DNA from: a virus
Lineage: Duplodnaviria; Caudoviricetes
Reading direction: 5' to 3' (one strand)
Virus record (IMG/VR): IMGVR_UViG_3300014613_000055
Coordinates: 1-37,689 of that record
DNA length: 37,689 nt
Shown here: piece after piece, positions 17,206 through 26,993 of the stretch
Layout: every line of letters starts with the position of its first letter
How positions within the stretch are numbered: the first letter of the stretch is position 1
The notes under the pieces: model-generated
What the model saw: the letters and a program-made list of their open reading frames with translations, nothing else
Database searches by the model: none
Told to the model about the DNA's origin: nothing
Position numbers and translations under genes: made by a program

Positions 17206-17246
17206 CCTCACGAAAACACAATGTGTGTGGACGTGGGGATTTTTTT
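17206..17246 (+). terminator. Terminator-like hairpin in the leader
   Basis: CCTCACG...CGTGGGG then ATTTTTTT. Confidence 0.65.
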
Positions 17247-17256
17247 GTGTAATAAA

Positions 17257-18474
17257 ATGCCAGATTGGAAGACAGCACTATATGGATCAGATCAAACATT
17301 CTTCGGAGTTCCGATAGGTTCGTGGGGAACACCTGAATTTGGTGCAACCGAAGCACTAGCCAATGTCGTTGGTGCGCCAACAGACCCCGTTACAGGAGGT
17401 TCTCAATTATTCTCAGGAGGTACTTCACAACCCAACCTTGTATCAACAGATCCCAATGCAAACCCTTGGGCGGGAAGTGTTCAACCCTATACTGGCAGTC
17501 AGTCATTTGGCGACCCAAGCAATCCCGATCTTTCAAATCCAGTCAAACAAACAGATTGGGAAAACTATCAACAGAGTCAACAGCAACCACAGCAACAGCA
17601 AGCAGACCCCTACGCACAATTAAGAGGCGAAATTTCTTCAGGTTGGGATCAATATATAGCTTCGTTAGACCAAATGCTTAACCAAGGGCTTACCGGACAA
17701 AGAACAGCCCAAGAAGGAATTGCCCAAAGCCAGTATGGTCAAGGTCAGAATGTACTAGGAACACAACTTGGAGAGGGTCAAGCATTACTAGGAACACAAA
17801 GGGAAAGAACTCAACAAAACCAAGCCAAAACACTCAGAGATTTATCGGCCAATATTTCCAATATGTTCAAAACAGGAAATGTCATGCTCGGCTCAATGGG
17901 AGCAGGGGATTCTTCAGCAGCCAATCAATATTCTTACGCACTAACCAAAATGGGTTCAAAGCAACGAGGCGATGTTATGAGTCAGGGTGCAGACATAATG
18001 AAAGAAATTGATGCCAGAGAATCGAGTCTTAAAAACATCTATGACTCAGAAATTAGAAATCTAGGGTTTGAAAGAGACCAAAAGATAGGCCAAATCGCTA
18101 CTTGGTTCTCAGATGCACAAAATCAACTAAGGCAAGCTCAAGCATCGGGCCAACTAGGTAAATCTCAAGACCTAGCGAATGTTTCAAGAGACATTCTTAC
18201 CCAAGCCCAGAACCAACTTGCCCAGATTGACTCAGACTCAAAGAGTAGATACCAAGCACTAGAACAATGGGCAATTAATAGCTCTAATTCAATCGCACAA
18301 CTAAAACAAAATATGCAAGGTATTCAACAATATGCCCCGCAAATGCCTGGCTACTCTCCAATGCAAGGCTCACCACAAGTTGACTCACGAGGCAATCTAA
18401 ATATGCCAGTCGGGTACGGGTCAGCAGAAGAAAAACAACCACTATTTCAGAACCCCAGCTGGCTATCTGGTTAA
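17257..18474 (+). CDS. Q/G/S-rich probable internal virion (DNA ejection) protein
   Basis: Composition and helical Q-rich central part; position before the large protein; ATG 17257 preferred over ATG 17221. Confidence 0.65.
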   Translation: MPDWKTALYGSDQTFFGVPIGSWGTPEFGATEALANVVGAPTDPVTGGSQLFSGGTSQPNLVSTDPNANPWAGSVQPYTGSQSFGDPSNPDLSNPVKQTDWENYQQSQQQPQQQQADPYAQLRGEISSGWDQYIASLDQMLNQGLTGQRTAQEGIAQSQYGQGQNVLGTQLGEGQALLGTQRERTQQNQAKTLRDLSANISNMFKTGNVMLGSMGAGDSSAANQYSYALTKMGSKQRGDVMSQGADIMKEIDARESSLKNIYDSEIRNLGFERDQKIGQIATWFSDAQNQLRQAQASGQLGKSQDLANVSRDILTQAQNQLAQIDSDSKSRYQALEQWAINSSNSIAQLKQNMQGIQQYAPQMPGYSPMQGSPQVDSRGNLNMPVGYGSAEEKQPLFQNPSWLSG

Positions 18475-18489
18475 ATCTAGCCATTAAAC

Positions 18490-19080
18490 ATGGCTAGCAT
18501 ATTAGACTTACCAGAGAGAATAAAAGCATATCTCCAAGAGAGGTGGGATAGTTTTGCTAATCCCGACCCTATTATGATATACGCTGATGATTACCAAAAG
18601 CCTCAACTCCAACAGGAACAACCACCCCAACAACCACAATTTGTTCCACAACAATTTGATGTTAATAGAGCCATAGGTGTATATGGGAACAACTCACCTT
18701 TTCAGCAATTCGCTCCCCAGATACAACAGGCTTACGAGAAGTATCCTTTCTTAAAGAACAATCCCGAACTTATACCATTAATAGGACACTTAGAGACTTC
18801 TTCTGGCAAGAACATAACCCGACCTAATAACTTACTAAATTGGGGAATCAACTTTCCAGGGAACAATGAAATATTTGCAGGTATGAACCAAAGATCAGTA
18901 TTAGACAGGGCACTATCAGGATTAGGAGAAAGAAGCCCTTACTACTCACAATTCAGAACAGGCCAGCCTATGACTGACGAAGAATTAATGCAATTTGCGA
19001 AAGTATATGAACCGGCCAACGATTCCTATGGCCCAAACCTTATTCAAGGAAGAAACTTTATTAGAGGGCAATTAAGATGA
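18490..19080 (+). CDS. Probable virion-associated lysozyme-fold muramidase/glucosaminidase-like protein
   Basis: HLETSSGK...NNLLNWG...YEP pattern; position in the ejection module. Confidence 0.55.
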   Translation: MASILDLPERIKAYLQERWDSFANPDPIMIYADDYQKPQLQQEQPPQQPQFVPQQFDVNRAIGVYGNNSPFQQFAPQIQQAYEKYPFLKNNPELIPLIGHLETSSGKNITRPNNLLNWGINFPGNNEIFAGMNQRSVLDRALSGLGERSPYYSQFRTGQPMTDEELMQFAKVYEPANDSYGPNLIQGRNFIRGQLR

Positions 19081-22000
19081 GTATTCTAGACTTACAAGAA
19101 AAATTAAAGAAGATGTTTCAAACGGGGGCTGGTGTATTACCTCCTGTTCAAGCATATAAGGCAGTTCAAACAATGCGAAGCCCTCAGTACAAGCAACAGG
19201 TACAACAAAGCAGACAAGCTCCCGTTAAAGTAGTAAACAGAGTAGCTACTAAGGTGGGAGGCCCTCAATTTTCCAATTGGTATGAAGATTTAATAGAAGA
19301 CAGAAAGAAACGAGGAATTATACAGGGTATGCAAAGTTCGTTTAACCCTATCTTAATGAATAAACACGTTAGACCGATTGCAGAACCCATTGTAAGCAAG
19401 GCGAGGGTTGGAATGTATGACTTCAAAAATAACTTCCAATATACTCCTTCTCAAAGACGAGGACACGAACAAATAGGGAATGTTTTGAGAAATACGGGAC
19501 AACGAATAAAGCAGGCCGTACCCACTCCCCGAAAAACATTAGAGCAATTACAGGCTATGGGTAAAGAATATGTTGCAGAAGGAAAAAGATTGGGTGGGCA
19601 AAACTTCCCAGGAGAACCAGACGCACAATTTCAACCATTTACCAAAGAACAAGAAACAGGCGTTAAGGCGTATTACTGGATAAAAGATTTATATGCTATG
19701 GAAGCCGGAGGAGTTAATGAGGCTTTTCGTAATGCGACCAATTCTTTATTAGGAGGTATTAAGGCTTCTCCAGCTCTTTCTAATAAAGTAGCTACTGCTC
19801 AAACAGCCCTAGAAGGATTTGCCAATAAACAAATGGCACGATTCTTAAACAAACTTAAACCAACCAATGTAACTTTTGACGACGCCGTAGCAGTAAACAG
19901 AAATGTAGCCACTCCTGACCAATTAACCAGATATAAACAAGCGGTAACTGTCTCAGAAGAAACGGGTATTCCCATTAAAGAGATTATTGCCAAGTCTGAA
20001 CAATCGGGGGTTAGGTCGGGAAAGATTTATGACTTTATTGTAAATGCAACAGACGACCTTAAAAGGGCTATTAAAGCCACTCTTTCTCCCGAAGAACAAA
20101 AGCTATTAATGTCAGGAGTTGATAAGGTAGACGACGTTAAATTACCGCAGATTTCCGCAGAGACTCCCCCACTCTCCCCTATTGTGGACGACGTCGCTAC
20201 TCAGGCACAAAAGACCACTCCCCTATCGACTAAAGTTGACGCACAAGGTAAGTTGTACGACGTAGGAGATGCAGCTTTTATTAAGTCCAGCGGGGAAATT
20301 ATTGCGGGAAAGTCTGGGGAACACGGAAGAATCGCTGCACAGCAATTGGGGGAGAAAGTGCCAGAAGGAAAAGGATTAGTACAAGATTTGGCTTCACAAA
20401 AACAAGTAGCAAGATATCAGGCCGAAATGGGAAGTGTACGAGTAATACCAACAGCCAAAGAGGTCAATGTTAGTTTTGTAAATAGTCCCAACAAACAGCA
20501 GCTTGAGGTTATAAGAGAATTGTCAAAAAACAAGAAAATAGTTTTTGACATTAATGATACAGGTGGAAATGTAATTAAGTCTGGCACTGCTGAAACTTTT
20601 GATGAATTTGTTTCCAACGTCTCACAAGCTGGATTGTACGACGTAAAAGCATTGAAAGCAGAGGCGGACAAATTATTATCCAAACCAAGTATGACGAAAC
20701 AAGAGCTAAAACGCTTTTCAGATATTGGAGAAATTATCCATCAAAACGACAATATAAAATTCTTCACAGAACAAATACAAAAAGCCAGGGCGGAAGGCAA
20801 TATTAAATATGTTAAAGAAACTCAACCTGTATTAGATAAGGCAACTAAAAAGGTAAATGAGTTAGTCGCACAACAGCCATTGTCCGTCAAATCACCAGAA
20901 CCAGGGAAGATTAGATTAAAAGAAATAGAGGATTTTGAAACACAGTTTCTTGAAGAAGCAAGGTCAGAATTTAAGGCAAGTCAACAGGGTGATCCCCAAA
21001 AGCAACTATTTACTAAAATGCGTAATTTCCTAAGATTTGCGGGTGAAAATAAAAGCAAACAAACAGGCGAACTGTTTAGAGAACACATACCGCAAAGTGT
21101 ATTTGGTGAAGCCAGTGATGAATTAGCGACCACTATGGGAATTAGCGAAAACGAATTGATGGCACAACTAACAGACGGGTTGCAAATGAAAGGTGGTACA
21201 AGTCCAAAAATATCACTTCCGAAAGTTCAAAAAACAATAAAAAGTTTGTACGAGAAACTTGATCCTGAATTTTACAAAGTTCAAAAAGATATGTTGGGTA
21301 GAGTAAAAGCTGTTAGTGCAGAACCATCCGCAAAGACAGTGGGCAAGATAAACCTGAGATTGTCAGATGCCGCAGAAAGAACAGCCAAACAAGAATTTGG
21401 CGGTTGGAAGCGAGCAATTATAGAACAAGAAGGACTAAAAACCAGGACAGGTGCAATCCAAGACCTAACTAAACGAATGGGTAAGGCAACCAAGTCCCCA
21501 CTTGCACAAGCACCTGAAGGATTAAAAGACATTTCACCGGTGCAAGCAGGGTTAAGGGATGTGTATAGAAATTTCAAGCAAGTTTATGGGAAAAGATATG
21601 GAGATGTTAAAAGGCTTGTATTAGACCCATTTGACAAGTCCAAGGGAGATTTTGTTAAATATATGGAAGGGTGGGATGCCAAACTAAATAAGGAGGTTGT
21701 GCAAGGATTAGGAATCAAAAAAGGAAGTAAAGAATCAGCCGCAGTTCAACATTATGGCGAAGGAACATTGACCGAAGAAACCTTATTAAAACAATATGGT
21801 AATTTAGACTTAAATAAAATCAAGAAAGCAGACGCTTGGTTTAGAAGTGCCTACGATCAGTTGCTAGGTGAAGTTAATAAAGTAAGGACTTCAATAGGAT
21901 ATGACGCAATTCCCAAGAGACAAGATTATTACCGACATTTTAGAGAAATGCGTCAGGGCGTTGATGCTCTAAGGAACATATTTGAGACAACAGCCGGCAT

Positions 22001-24176
22001 TGACCCCGCACTAGCAGGAATATCAGATTTCACAAAACCTAAATCTAAGTGGTTGTCATTTGCTCAAGAAAGAATAGGCGGCCACACCGACGTTGATGCA
22101 GTTGGTGGTTTTCTTAACTATTTACCCTCAGCTTCGTATTCTATTAATATAGACCCACATATAGGCAAGTTCAGAGCCTTGAGAAATGAATTAGTTGAGG
22201 CAACTTCGGATACTGCTAGTAAAGAATCATACAAAGGATTAAACAACTTTATTGAATATCTGAATGACTTTGCCAATGACTTATCGGGTAAAACAAACCC
22301 CCTAGACAGAACAGTACAAAAATGGATACCAGGAGGCAGGAAGGCATTTAGAGTAATTGACTGGGCAAACAAGAGAGTGAAGGCAAATGTAATTCTAGGA
22401 AATGTAGCTTCTTCAGTAGCACAGATATTCAATGTGCCTCAAGGAATGGCAGAGGCAGGGCCGAGATATTGGGCTTCTGGTGCAGGAGACACCCTTGCCT
22501 CAATGTTCAAGAAAAGCGACGTAATGGATTCTTCTAACTTCCTTAAAGAGAGATTCTTCAGGTCTTTCAATAAATACGATACAGGAATGGTACAGAATAC
22601 CAAGAAGTTCGCAGCTTGGATGATAACGGTACTTGATGAGGTTGGAACTAAATATATATGGAATATGCAATATCGCAAGGCCCTCGCTGAAGCAATAGAT
22701 AACCCAATTCAATACGCAGATGAAATTACAAGAAGAATGGTGGCTGGTAGAGGGATAGGAGAAGTCCCATTGGCGCAAAGTGCAAGAACCTTTCAGCTAA
22801 TAGCACCATTTCAACTAGAAGTACAAAACTTATGGTGGGTAATGAAAGACTTTGTTGACGAAAAAGCCTTCGGAAAGTTGGCAACATTATTTGCACTAGC
22901 CTTTGTATTTAATAAGGCCGCAGAAGAAATTAGAGGTTCAGGTGTAATGCTTGATCCAATTAAAGCAACACTCGATGCACTCGAAACATATCAAGAAGAA
23001 GACGACAAAAAGATAGGTGCAATTAAAGCCGGTGGAAGGCTTGCAGGAGAAGTTTTATCTAACATTCCAGTCGGACAAACAGCCGCTTCAGTTTACCCCG
23101 AATATGGATGGAAGATTCCTGGCACAGAGGAAACCCTCACAAGAGAAGAATTTTTCGGAGAAGAAGACCCAACAAGATTTGGTGGGGGAGCATTGCTTAC
23201 AAAAGGTATCCAAGACCCTCTTTATAAATTAGTACCTCCTTTTGGTGGAGGACAAATTAAAAAAACAATTTCCGGCGGAAAAGCCTATATAGAAGGTGTG
23301 TCCAAGACTAAGGCTGGTAGGGTTCGTTTTCCGATAGCGAAGACGACTGGCAATCTTATTAGAAGCATATTATTTGGTCAATACTCAACACCAGAAGCAA
23401 AGCAATATTTTGAAGCAGGTACAAGCCCACTAGGAGAGAAACAAACTGAGACCTATGAGCAACTAAGCCCAGAGTCGGCAAAGAAATTCTACGATGCCAT
23501 TATCAATAAAAGAAAAAGGGAGAAGGGAAGCGACAAAACTGTAAATTCTCTCATAAGCGGGAGGTCAGGGTCAGTCCAAGGAGTATTGGCAACTTCAGAT
23601 GATTTCTTCGCAGAATCAGCCAAGAGAAGTGAAAAAGTAGGCAAATACAAAGAAATACTAAAGAATCCCGAATTAAGTTACGAGGACAAACAGACGCTTA
23701 TTACAGAGCTTGGTGGCGATCCAGTTGAAGTTGAGTACGAAGTAGCCGCAGGGCTTACAGTTGCGGAAAGAGTGAGATATGTAGAGTGGGCTATATCCGA
23801 TCTAAAAGACGACGAGATACAGGAACTTCTTAGCACATTCAGGACAAAAAAGACAGTTGGGGGTTCAAGAATCCTCACAGATAGTGTGATAGATGCTTTA
23901 GTAGAAAAAGGCACAATTACAAAAGGAGATGGAAATGCTATTAAGGCTATCGGTAAAAAAGGTAAATCAGCAGCCAAAGTAACCATTAAAAGCACCAAAG
24001 CACCAACTATCAAATTTACCAAGAGTACGGCCAAAACACCAACATTTACGATGCCAAAAGCACCCTCAATTAAACTAACAACAAAGAGGGGACAGCCTAG
24101 TTTGAACTTCAAATCAGAAGCCTTACCCACGATTAAGGCTAAACCCTTACCAAAAGTCAGTATTGCAAAGTATTGA
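19077..24176 (+). CDS. Large internal virion/ejection (polyvalent-type) protein, 1699 aa
   Basis: Size, mostly helical, PF/GGGQ-type C-terminal region, K-rich tail; position between head and tail genes. Confidence 0.7.
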   Translation: MSILDLQEKLKKMFQTGAGVLPPVQAYKAVQTMRSPQYKQQVQQSRQAPVKVVNRVATKVGGPQFSNWYEDLIEDRKKRGIIQGMQSSFNPILMNKHVRPIAEPIVSKARVGMYDFKNNFQYTPSQRRGHEQIGNVLRNTGQRIKQAVPTPRKTLEQLQAMGKEYVAEGKRLGGQNFPGEPDAQFQPFTKEQETGVKAYYWIKDLYAMEAGGVNEAFRNATNSLLGGIKASPALSNKVATAQTALEGFANKQMARFLNKLKPTNVTFDDAVAVNRNVATPDQLTRYKQAVTVSEETGIPIKEIIAKSEQSGVRSGKIYDFIVNATDDLKRAIKATLSPEEQKLLMSGVDKVDDVKLPQISAETPPLSPIVDDVATQAQKTTPLSTKVDAQGKLYDVGDAAFIKSSGEIIAGKSGEHGRIAAQQLGEKVPEGKGLVQDLASQKQVARYQAEMGSVRVIPTAKEVNVSFVNSPNKQQLEVIRELSKNKKIVFDINDTGGNVIKSGTAETFDEFVSNVSQAGLYDVKALKAEADKLLSKPSMTKQELKRFSDIGEIIHQNDNIKFFTEQIQKARAEGNIKYVKETQPVLDKATKKVNELVAQQPLSVKSPEPGKIRLKEIEDFETQFLEEARSEFKASQQGDPQKQLFTKMRNFLRFAGENKSKQTGELFREHIPQSVFGEASDELATTMGISENELMAQLTDGLQMKGGTSPKISLPKVQKTIKSLYEKLDPEFYKVQKDMLGRVKAVSAEPSAKTVGKINLRLSDAAERTAKQEFGGWKRAIIEQEGLKTRTGAIQDLTKRMGKATKSPLAQAPEGLKDISPVQAGLRDVYRNFKQVYGKRYGDVKRLVLDPFDKSKGDFVKYMEGWDAKLNKEVVQGLGIKKGSKESAAVQHYGEGTLTEETLLKQYGNLDLNKIKKADAWFRSAYDQLLGEVNKVRTSIGYDAIPKRQDYYRHFREMRQGVDALRNIFETTAGIDPALAGISDFTKPKSKWLSFAQERIGGHTDVDAVGGFLNYLPSASYSINIDPHIGKFRALRNELVEATSDTASKESYKGLNNFIEYLNDFANDLSGKTNPLDRTVQKWIPGGRKAFRVIDWANKRVKANVILGNVASSVAQIFNVPQGMAEAGPRYWASGAGDTLASMFKKSDVMDSSNFLKERFFRSFNKYDTGMVQNTKKFAAWMITVLDEVGTKYIWNMQYRKALAEAIDNPIQYADEITRRMVAGRGIGEVPLAQSARTFQLIAPFQLEVQNLWWVMKDFVDEKAFGKLATLFALAFVFNKAAEEIRGSGVMLDPIKATLDALETYQEEDDKKIGAIKAGGRLAGEVLSNIPVGQTAASVYPEYGWKIPGTEETLTREEFFGEEDPTRFGGGALLTKGIQDPLYKLVPPFGGGQIKKTISGGKAYIEGVSKTKAGRVRFPIAKTTGNLIRSILFGQYSTPEAKQYFEAGTSPLGEKQTETYEQLSPESAKKFYDAIINKRKREKGSDKTVNSLISGRSGSVQGVLATSDDFFAESAKRSEKVGKYKEILKNPELSYEDKQTLITELGGDPVEVEYEVAAGLTVAERVRYVEWAISDLKDDEIQELLSTFRTKKTVGGSRILTDSVIDALVEKGTITKGDGNAIKAIGKKGKSAAKVTIKSTKAPTIKFTKSTAKTPTFTMPKAPSIKLTTKRGQPSLNFKSEALPTIKAKPLPKVSIAKY

Positions 24177-24190
24177 CTTAGTGGTATAAT
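24163..24190 (+). promoter_or_regulatory. Promoter of the tail/lysis operon
   Basis: TTGCAA-16 bp-TATAAT with TGG extended -10. Confidence 0.7.
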
Positions 24191-24222
24191 GAATCAGTCT
24201 TTGCCTACACGAGTGGTAGGTT

Positions 24223-24261
24223 AGACGGGATAACCCTACGGGGCGAACCCGTCTTTTTTTT
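24223..24261 (+). terminator. Intrinsic terminator
   Basis: AGACGGG...CCCGTCT with T8 tail. Confidence 0.85.
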
Positions 24262-24271
24262 ATGTCTAAAA

Positions 24272-24949
24272 ATGGCAAAAGTAATAACAGACCTAGATGA
24301 CGCTATCGATTACATAAACACGCTTTATGAATCTGACAGCACAGCCCCTACATCGGGAGATGAGGATTATGCCGTATGGATGGCACTTTTGAATGTAGCC
24401 ATCAATCTATGGGAGAATGAAGAGGGCGTACTTTGGAATGAGTTATTCGTCAAATTAGACGATGCGGCTACCGGAGACAAAACAGCTTCTGCAGGAGATT
24501 GGTCTTACGATTGCCCTGATGACTTCGCTTTTCCAGCTTCAGGATATGTTTGGATAGGTTCGGGAACGAATAAGATTGCCTATAAGGTAATCAAACAACA
24601 AGAAGTCCAACTTCACGAAAACAACTCAGGAAGGTGGTGTTACTTCTTAATGGATGGTTCTCCAACATTAGAATTTAATCCAAATTGTACAGTATCGGCT
24701 GGAACGATTAGATACAACTATTACAAAATCGCTACTGCGTTGACCACGGGTACAGACGTAATTGAAATGGCTGACCCGATGTTTGCGGTTTATTACGCAT
24801 TATCAGAACTCAAGAAAGAAGAAGGCGATACTTCTTCGCTTGTTATTGCTCAACAAAAACTGGAAGGAATGAAAACAAAAAATATCATGCCTACATGGTT
24901 TCAGTCAGACAATTTGATGGACAAAACAGGTGAAGGATTCGGAACATGA
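24272..24949 (+). CDS. Head-tail adaptor / tail tubular protein A-like
   Basis: 225 aa, LLNVAI..W, YDCPDDF, YNYYK, VYYAL patterns; precedes the nozzle gene. Confidence 0.7.
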   Translation: MAKVITDLDDAIDYINTLYESDSTAPTSGDEDYAVWMALLNVAINLWENEEGVLWNELFVKLDDAATGDKTASAGDWSYDCPDDFAFPASGYVWIGSGTNKIAYKVIKQQEVQLHENNSGRWCYFLMDGSPTLEFNPNCTVSAGTIRYNYYKIATALTTGTDVIEMADPMFAVYYALSELKKEEGDTSSLVIAQQKLEGMKTKNIMPTWFQSDNLMDKTGEGFGT

Positions 24950-26955
24950 AATTTCAAACACAACAAAAAACCAAACCAAAAGAAATTCTATTATCTATCG
25001 ACAAGTTCGATGGCGGTTCTAATTCATTAGTAGATGAGGCAAGAATGGATCCAAAGTTTGCCAAAGAAAGCGTCAATCTAATGCAAGTGCAGGACTCTTT
25101 GTGGAAAACAAGGTGGGGGACTGGATACTATGGAGCGACCCACGCTTCAACAATAGATGGCGCTCAAGAGTTTGTTAAGTCAGACGCTTCTACTGAATTG
25201 ATTACGATTACCAATGGTAAGGCTTACAAATCAACTGACGGAGGAGCTTTGACTGAAATATCGGGAGCAACCTTTACAGCAGGAACACAATGCTACTTCA
25301 TGCAGATTGCCGGATACTTATATATAGCCAATGGGACAGACGCTTTGGCTAGATACAATGGTACGTCTTTAAGTACTTATACAGAAATAGCCGCCCCCGC
25401 TAATTTAACAGCTTCATTAGTAGCTTCAGGACTTGCTAGTGGTGCTTATACTTATTACGCCCAAGTGACTGCTCTTAACGCAGTGGGCGAAACAGTGGGG
25501 TCAACAGAAGCCTCAATAACTTGTTGTGAATTAAGAGATAACTGGACAGCAGGTACAGACAAAGTTCATTGGTCTTGGGATGCGGTTGCCACTGCTGATC
25601 GTTATCAACTATATATATCAGACCAAACAGGATATGAGAATTTATTAACCTCCACAACAGAAATTAACTTTGAAGATGATGGTTCAATCGAGATTAATAC
25701 ATATATAGAAACTCCCGATGCTAACACTACTGGTGCGCCCAAATTTACTTCGATGGCTGTTTCTAATAACAGAATATGGGCCACCAATGACACTAACGAT
25801 AAATACAAGGTTTACTTCTCAGGTACGGGACAATTTATGGGCAATTTCTCAGACTTTTATGGTGGTGGTTGGATCAACCTAGAAAAAGGAGGGAGAGAGT
25901 TGCCAGTTGTGGTTAAACACTATCAAAGTGGTAGCGGAGAAGGAAGAGCAACCGTATTGTGCAGAACGCCTGATGGCAAGGGTTCTGTTTGGCAACTAAC
26001 TATTTCAACAGCGACGGTGGGAGATACTTCATTTTCAATTCCATCGGCGGCTAAAGTGGTGGGGTCATTTGGTACAGAATCGTTGTTGGGAGTGGTAGCA
26101 ACTGAGAACGATATTGCTTTCCCTAATCGAAAAGGTTGGTTTACTTTAGGGCCAGAAAAGAACTACTACGGCATTTTAAGAACTAGCGAGAAAAGCTCGA
26201 ATATACGGCCTTATTGGAGAAGTCTAAGGGGTAGTAAAATAGGTGATATATGTGCTTACTTCTATGACGCTAAAATTATTATTTCAGTTCCCCGCTCTTC
26301 TACTGGTAACGACAGAATGATTGTTTACGACACCGAAAGAAATAACTGGTCGGTTGATTGGTCGATAGGAGCAAAACAGTTCCTAGAATATACCGATACT
26401 AGCAACAACACTAGATTACTTTACATTCCATTATCGGGAACGAGATTAATCGAATTATCCGAAAACTACCTTAACGATTTGGGAACAGTATTTAATCAAT
26501 CTTACATTTCTCCGCTTCTACCGGTATCTAAAAAGAAGACAGATATTTTGAATTTAAGGGAAGCGATAGTTGAACTCGGAAGGCCAAGAGGAGTAGTCAA
26601 GTTTCAGATTTTGGGAATAGGAAAAGGTTCTAGTTTTACTACCCTAGCAACAAGAACAATTACAGACTTTGGCTCAAATACGGGCGTGGGGACTGATTTG
26701 CTAGGAGAGTCTTATTTAAGCGAAACCCAAGCCAGTGCTAAAAAGGTAGCAACGGTTTGGACAGTTTACTTAACAGATTCTCCTTCAACATTCGCTCAGG
26801 CAACGACTAAGGCGGCAATCAAGAAACGAGCCAAAGTTTATGCTTTGCAGTTCAAAGTATTCTCCACAACCGCAGATACGGACTTTACACTTTTATCTTT
26901 ACAGGCAAAAGGAAACCTAATTCCTAGGAGGCTTCCTTCAAGTTGGACAAACTAA
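24946..26955 (+). CDS. Tail nozzle / tubular protein B-like (beta-propeller)
   Basis: FDGG start, KTRWG, NNRIW, VYFS, VYD...W repeats; beta-rich with an Fn3-like insert. Confidence 0.7.
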   Translation: MKFQTQQKTKPKEILLSIDKFDGGSNSLVDEARMDPKFAKESVNLMQVQDSLWKTRWGTGYYGATHASTIDGAQEFVKSDASTELITITNGKAYKSTDGGALTEISGATFTAGTQCYFMQIAGYLYIANGTDALARYNGTSLSTYTEIAAPANLTASLVASGLASGAYTYYAQVTALNAVGETVGSTEASITCCELRDNWTAGTDKVHWSWDAVATADRYQLYISDQTGYENLLTSTTEINFEDDGSIEINTYIETPDANTTGAPKFTSMAVSNNRIWATNDTNDKYKVYFSGTGQFMGNFSDFYGGGWINLEKGGRELPVVVKHYQSGSGEGRATVLCRTPDGKGSVWQLTISTATVGDTSFSIPSAAKVVGSFGTESLLGVVATENDIAFPNRKGWFTLGPEKNYYGILRTSEKSSNIRPYWRSLRGSKIGDICAYFYDAKIIISVPRSSTGNDRMIVYDTERNNWSVDWSIGAKQFLEYTDTSNNTRLLYIPLSGTRLIELSENYLNDLGTVFNQSYISPLLPVSKKKTDILNLREAIVELGRPRGVVKFQILGIGKGSSFTTLATRTITDFGSNTGVGTDLLGESYLSETQASAKKVATVWTVYLTDSPSTFAQATTKAAIKKRAKVYALQFKVFSTTADTDFTLLSLQAKGNLIPRRLPSSWTN

Positions 26956-26993
26956 TATGAAAAATAATTTAACAAGAATGGTGGTGATATAAA

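Noticed and set aside
19077-24176. Tape measure protein or virion RNA polymerase
   Set aside because: No tail tube or chaperone genes nearby and no periodic tape-measure repeats; no polymerase catalytic motif recognised.
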